DNA of 63,532 nucleotides, counting the filler, from Piedraia hortae CBS 480.64 (Eukaryota), in NCBI GenBank assembly GCA_010093745.1. It is 2 parts of 2 records of this genome, joined end to end, with 100 filler letters (N's around TTAATTAATTAA, not from the genome) between each part and the next. Parts side by side here need not be neighbours in the genome. Positions count along the whole stretch, not along the records: positions 31,867 to 63,532 come from MU006054.1; 1 more part is not named here. One strand, written 5' to 3'. Of this stretch, positions 58,596 to 63,532 are shown one piece after another. The notes below the pieces were generated by a model, which was not told where the DNA came from, did no database searches, and saw only the letters and a list, made by a program, of their open reading frames with translations. The position numbers and the translations under genes are program-made. Numbering within the stretch: position 1 is the stretch's first letter; every line of letters begins with the position of its first letter.

Positions 58596-60257
58596 ATGTC
58601 CGCCATGAACTCTTCGGTGTGCTTTCGCTGCCTCAGACGGCCCGGGCGGACGATTGAGAGCCCATCCAATGTCTCTCTCAGCCACCGCGCTGCGTTTTCA
58701 TTCACGCCAATCACGGCGGCGAATCCGGTGAAGAAGAAGAGCGGCCCTCCTGCAGCTCCCAAGAAAGGCAGCAGACTGAAACTACGAAAGAATGTACGGA
58801 CAGTCAGTGCGCGGCCGCCCAGTGCCGGAGAGCGGAAGACATTCCGCAAGAAGGTCGTGCTGGAGAATCCGAATGCGCTCGAGGTCGACGACCTTCGGGA
58901 CATGACGGCGGCCAACGTGCGGCCGGAGATGCTGCAGGAGCAAAGGGGGCAAGTGATGAGAATTAGCACTGCCACGGTGGAGGCGCTGCGGGATTTAGAA
59001 GCGTTCAAACCGACGCAGGGCTGGCGCTCGTTCCGCCGTCCGGCCACTCTGGTGCGCCAGGAGACGGTAGAGATGGCAGAGATGCTACACGAGGCTACAG
59101 ATGGCAAGAAGGTTAACCGCAGGGTTGTGTTTGGCGATGGTGACAGCGGCAAAAGCGTCCTGGCGCTCCAGGCAATGGCCATTGCGCTGGTTAAAGGTTG
59201 CGCCGTCGTCCACATCCCCGAGGCGCATGAACTGACCATGTCGCTGACGGCATATCGGCCAATAGATGCGGCTGATGGACAAACGATGTACATTCAGCCG
59301 CAGTACACGGCACAGCTGCTCGGCCGAGTCACGCGCGCCAATCGCGTGTTGTTCGATTCACTGCGACTGTCGAAGACGCCAAAACTCCCGGTGCCGGTGC
59401 AAGAGAACATTAGCCTGACGCGATTCGCCGAGCTTGGGGCGGGAGACGAGGAACTCGCGTGGCCGGTGTGGCAGACGCTGATGGCGGATCTCCTGATGCC
59501 GTCACAGTCGGGCAAAGGTCTCCAGCGGCCGCCTATCGTCTTCTGTCTTGACGGCGCCCATCACATCATGGCCAATTCCGCCTACCTTGACCCAGACGCC
59601 AAGCCAGTTCATGCCCATGACTTGGCCCTTATCCGCGACTTCACCAAGATGCTATCGGGCGAGACGGCGATGCCTAACGGTGGTTTAATCTTGACATCAA
59701 CCTCGGCCTCTAACAAGCTCTCCACTCCTACCTTTTCTCACCTTCTCGCTGTCAAAGAGGCTGAGATTCCAGTCACTGAGCTCATGAGTTTGCGAGATAG
59801 GTTGCGCACAATGGCTACAGATGCACGGAAAGAGGGACTGGATCCAGCCGATATCGACTTTGGCGATCTGGGGGAAGGAATGGCGTCTCAGTTGCCGTCA
59901 TATCTGGCACCCGCCTACCAAGGACTAATAGGCGGCGTTCGCAAACTGCAGCAAATTCCTACCTCGACTTATAACCTTTCCGATTTCATCGCCATGCTGG
60001 ACAACTTCTCGGTTTCGCCTCCGTCTTGGGATCCTTATAAGCCTCTGGATGATCGCGTTGCCAAAGTTTTGGACACCGTGACGGCAAGAAAGCTTCGGGG
60101 ACTAAGCAAGTCAGAGGCAAGAGGCATTATGAACTATTACGCCCGTAGCGGTATGGTTCGTGACAGCATCACGGCGAGGTCTGTAAATGAACAGTGGACT
60201 CTGGCTGGAAACGGCCTCGTTGGTCTAATAGAACGGGCGGCGATAAGAGGATATTAA
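58596..60257 (+). CDS. RSM23: Mitochondrial small-subunit ribosomal protein mS29 (DAP3/Rsm23)
   Basis: PSAGERKTFRKKVVL.N.NAL, AFKPTQGW..FRRPATLVR, GDGDSGKS, YIQP, LSKSEARGIMNYYARSG. Confidence 0.9.
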   Translation: MSAMNSSVCFRCLRRPGRTIESPSNVSLSHRAAFSFTPITAANPVKKKSGPPAAPKKGSRLKLRKNVRTVSARPPSAGERKTFRKKVVLENPNALEVDDLRDMTAANVRPEMLQEQRGQVMRISTATVEALRDLEAFKPTQGWRSFRRPATLVRQETVEMAEMLHEATDGKKVNRRVVFGDGDSGKSVLALQAMAIALVKGCAVVHIPEAHELTMSLTAYRPIDAADGQTMYIQPQYTAQLLGRVTRANRVLFDSLRLSKTPKLPVPVQENISLTRFAELGAGDEELAWPVWQTLMADLLMPSQSGKGLQRPPIVFCLDGAHHIMANSAYLDPDAKPVHAHDLALIRDFTKMLSGETAMPNGGLILTSTSASNKLSTPTFSHLLAVKEAEIPVTELMSLRDRLRTMATDARKEGLDPADIDFGDLGEGMASQLPSYLAPAYQGLIGGVRKLQQIPTSTYNLSDFIAMLDNFSVSPPSWDPYKPLDDRVAKVLDTVTARKLRGLSKSEARGIMNYYARSGMVRDSITARSVNEQWTLAGNGLVGLIERAAIRGY

Positions 60258-60439
60258 TGTAAATACCCTGTGCTATATGTAAACCAGTGATTGAGACTCT
60301 TGTAAAAAATCATCTCGTGGTGGGCAGTGCCAAGAAGTCCCAGCCAATCATTTTTGGGACGCTAATCCATTTTGGGACGTGTCTTTCAACCTTTCGTCTT
60401 ACACTTGGCGTAGATCGAACACAGGTTTTGGTTGGGAAG

Positions 60440-62963
60440 ATGACGATCCTACAGAGAACACACCACGAAATGGCCAACGATTCATCAACCGTCATCGTCA
60501 TTGATGATTCATCCGACGATGACATACAGCAAGGTTCGCCTAGGAAGCGTCCCAAACTCGGTGAAATTACGATGCCAAGTTCTCAAAATGACGATCATAA
60601 ACCATCTGACCCACTTTGTTGCGAAAATCCCCAAGAACACAGCGAAGCCAAATACTTCGCCGTGCGAATCGGCTGGTTCCCAGGTATCTACCTCTCCCGA
60701 ACCGAAGCATTCAAACAAATCAAAAATTACCCCAACAAGGAACTCAAAACCTTTGAATGCGCCGAGACTGCCACAAAATGGCTGGAAACATCAACCACCG
60801 AAGTTCAGAACGACCGACGCTGTCGACCAAGTAGCTATGCCAATATCAACCGCATTTCGTTCATAAAATATGCCGAACGTGCATGGGCCGATGCGAATCA
60901 AATTCCCGGAATCGATATCTTTGATATTTCCGACAAGTTAAGAAACCTCTTCCTCATCGCCGGAAGCGATGAGAAGTACATTGACTGGGACGAACATCCT
61001 CTGCCTCAGACCCTCCTCTCTCAAGACGCACAGGGCCTACCGCCACGAAGCCTTTGGAAGGAAGCTCTATTGCCGCTGCAAAGGAACTGTTCCTGCCGAC
61101 GACACGTCGAACAAGGTCCCGATAGCGTCGAATGCGCAGGCGGGGAATGTGCCTTTGGACTCTTTCACCGTTCGTGCGTGGGATTGAAATCTCGTACTGT
61201 TCCAGAGGGCTGGCGGTGTTGGCAGTGTCGGAAGATTCCCGCAATGTCACAGGTGCCGTCGTCCTCGCAACCGGTCTTGATCCCCGTTGCAGTGGACGTT
61301 AAGCCCGCCATTGTCACGGAGGAGAAGGACCCGACTCTCCATCCGGAGCAGGCAGAAATTGTAGATTGCATCCTCAGGGGGAAAAATGTCTTCTACACAG
61401 GCTCAGCCGGGACGGGGAAGTCAACTGTGCTGAAGAGTTTTGTTAAGCAATTGAGAGATGGAGGTAAACATGTCGATATTATCGCCCCTTCGGGGATCGC
61501 GGCTCTCAATGTCGGGGGTGTGACGCTACATTCGTACGCGGGATGGCATCCTTCCTTTTTCAAACGGGGGTTTGATGAGCTGGAGAAACTTGCGCGTGGT
61601 AAGACGGTTAGTGCACGGCTGTGCGCTACTGATGTACTTGTTCTGGATGAGATCTCCATGCTGGAGGCTGATCACTTCTACCGGCTGGATGTCATGATGC
61701 GGACTGCTAGAGGGACTTTTGGCAAGAAAGGCTCGAAACATTCCCGGCAGGACGCTGATCTCCCGTTTGGAGGAGTGCAGTTGGTTGTTACCGGAGAGTA
61801 AGCATAGTACCATCTTTGAAGGGAGCATTTAATGATAATCTCTGTTTAGTTTCTGTCAGCTCCCGCCCGTGAACCCGTTCCAATACTGCATGCATTGCGG
61901 CGGGGAGGATCTCCGCAAACGCGGAGCGCCAAGCGCACAAACAGTCAAATGCCCTCTCTGCAGGAAAGAGTATCACGACAAAGACAAATGGGCATTCCGG
62001 AGTAGTTCCTGGGAAACATGCAACTTCCAATACTTCGAACTCCGCCACATCCACCGCCAAAACGACAAAAAATTTATCGACATCCTCCAAAGGTGCCGCT
62101 ACGGCCAACCCCTCCGCTCTCAAGACCGCGAGATCCTCCTTGCGCCAAAACCCCACTGGGACGATGCCGTGCGCCTCCTCCCCCTCCGCCACGAAGTGAA
62201 CTCCCTCAACACCCTGAGATTCAACGCCTTAGGCACACCACCACAAACATACTGCTGTCTCGACACATTCGTCTGGCGCAACAAACTCGAGTCCGACCTC
62301 GTGCGCTACGAAAAACGCCAAGTCGAAGAAAACCCCGAAAGCCCCCTCACCGCCCTAAAAGACCACCGATTCGAAGAATCCCTCTCCATAAAAGAAGGCA
62401 TGCTCGTAATTCTCCTCGTAAACCTCGAGCCGGCCTCGGGCCTCGTAAACGGCAGCCAAGGACGGGTCACGGGATTCGTTGAAGACGTCCCTGAGCCCAA
62501 AGACCCAAAACAATCAGCGAGCAGTACGCCTAAAGAATCGCAGCATTCGGAGGTGATGGCGCTAAAAGAACAACAGATCCAAGCCTTCACCCCACATCAG
62601 CGGAGTAAGCGATACTTATGGCCCAAAGTCAAGTTCCAGAATGGTCGCGAAACGGCCATTGGGCCGTGCTGTCAGGTTACGGAACTTGGTAAGGATAAAC
62701 CTTATAGTTTTCTTGCGAGGACACAGATCCCTCTTGTGGCGGCGTGGGCGATTACGGTGCATAAGTCGCAGGGTATGACTCTTAATAGGGTTGTGGTTAA
62801 TCTTCAGAGGAGTTTTGAAAAGGAAATGGTGTATGTGGCGCTTTCGAGGGCGAGGAGTCTTGAGGGTTTGAAAGTTGAGGCGCTGCCGAAGATGGATAGT
62901 GGGGTTAATGGAGAGGTTTGGGGGTTTTTAGAGAGGAATGGACTTTGTGGGGATGTTGTGTAA
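60440..62963 (+). CDS. Pif1-family SF1B helicase with N-terminal RNase H1-like hybrid-binding domain and PHD finger (intron 61798-61849)
   Basis: FYTGSAGTGKS, APSGIAA, DEISM, PFGGVQLVVTGD|FCQLPPV, HRQND, LVNGSQG, RTQIPLVAAWAITVHKSQGMTL, YVALSRAR. Confidence 0.92.
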
Positions 62964-63438
62964 GGTTTAGATATAGGGGTTTGGGGGGAAGAGGAATTGG
63001 CATGGTGGTTGGTGATGGGTATGGTATTTCCTGTCCGAGGATGGGACAGTCGATGGTGTGTTAGGCACATATATGTGTGGCTATGTGTGTGTATTTAGGT
63101 GTTTTGGTGATGTGGTGAGGTAAAGTTCCACACTTCACCTCACGCTAACCCAGGTCTAGGCGCATTCACCGAGACTACGCCACCGAGCACGCACAGAGCA
63201 TGAACGGCACCGTGCCTCGTCTCAGGATAACACTTCATCTTATGGAGGTAAAAACCCTAAGAAGCATCGACCTCTATCTAAGCTCGCAGATGCGACCTGG
63301 CTGTATACTATGTGAGAGGGTTTACCGTCTCACATTTACGTGCTTTCGAAATGGCCCTCGGTAGGAGGAATGATCGTGATATAAATTGATGCAATAAGCA
63401 CTGGGATGGCTGTTATGAATGATGTTGATATGCTTTCC

Positions 63439-63532
63439 TGTTGTGAATATGCGGTATATTACGCGCATTATTAGTAACCGTCGCTCGGCTCTCGACTTCA
63501 CGCGTCAACTAGTTTTCCGTAGAGATTTGTAT
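63439..63532 (+). mobile_element. LTR-like repeat, copy C (5' 94 nt)
   Basis: Starts TGTTGTGAATATGCGG; identical to copy B and overlaps copy A by 66 nt. Confidence 0.75.

Noticed and set aside
60440..63438. Helitron carrying the Pif1 helicase
   Set aside because: No HUH Rep domain, and no clear TC...hairpin-CTRR termini identified

Overview
Eukaryotic genomic DNA from a gene-dense filamentous ascomycete (Pezizomycotina; Dothideomycete-like by my impression only), with short introns of about 43-55 nt. The window is two contigs (1-31766 and 31867-63532) joined by an artificial N44-TTAATTAATTAA-N44 linker. About 36 protein-coding loci are supported, mostly housekeeping: YVH1, CDC42, CWC15, RRP45, ALG5, NC2-alpha, MGMT, GH43, siderophore MFS, eIF5, Pol X, a Ser/Thr kinase, tafazzin, SDH2, RRS1, KIN28, ATP11, 4CL-like ligase, M19 dipeptidase, ILM1, homocitrate synthase, ZW10/DSL1, POL31, APE4, FMO, an Mx-like dynamin, DAP3 and a Pif1-like helicase. 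Three of the four contig ends lie in identical copies of one TGTTGT...ACAACA-bounded LTR-like repeat of about 437 bp. The most notable signals are: (1) a Pif1-family helicase carrying an RNase H1-type hybrid-binding domain, a PHD finger and an inserted CxxC-CxxC zinc ribbon; (2) an abrupt C-rich to G/T-rich switch near the 3' end of many genes in contig 2; (3) an otherwise intact Mx-like dynamin with one in-frame TGA; (4) two poor-context uORFs before eIF5, SreA-type GATA boxes and two GC-AG introns. All calls come from manual reading; no database searches were run.
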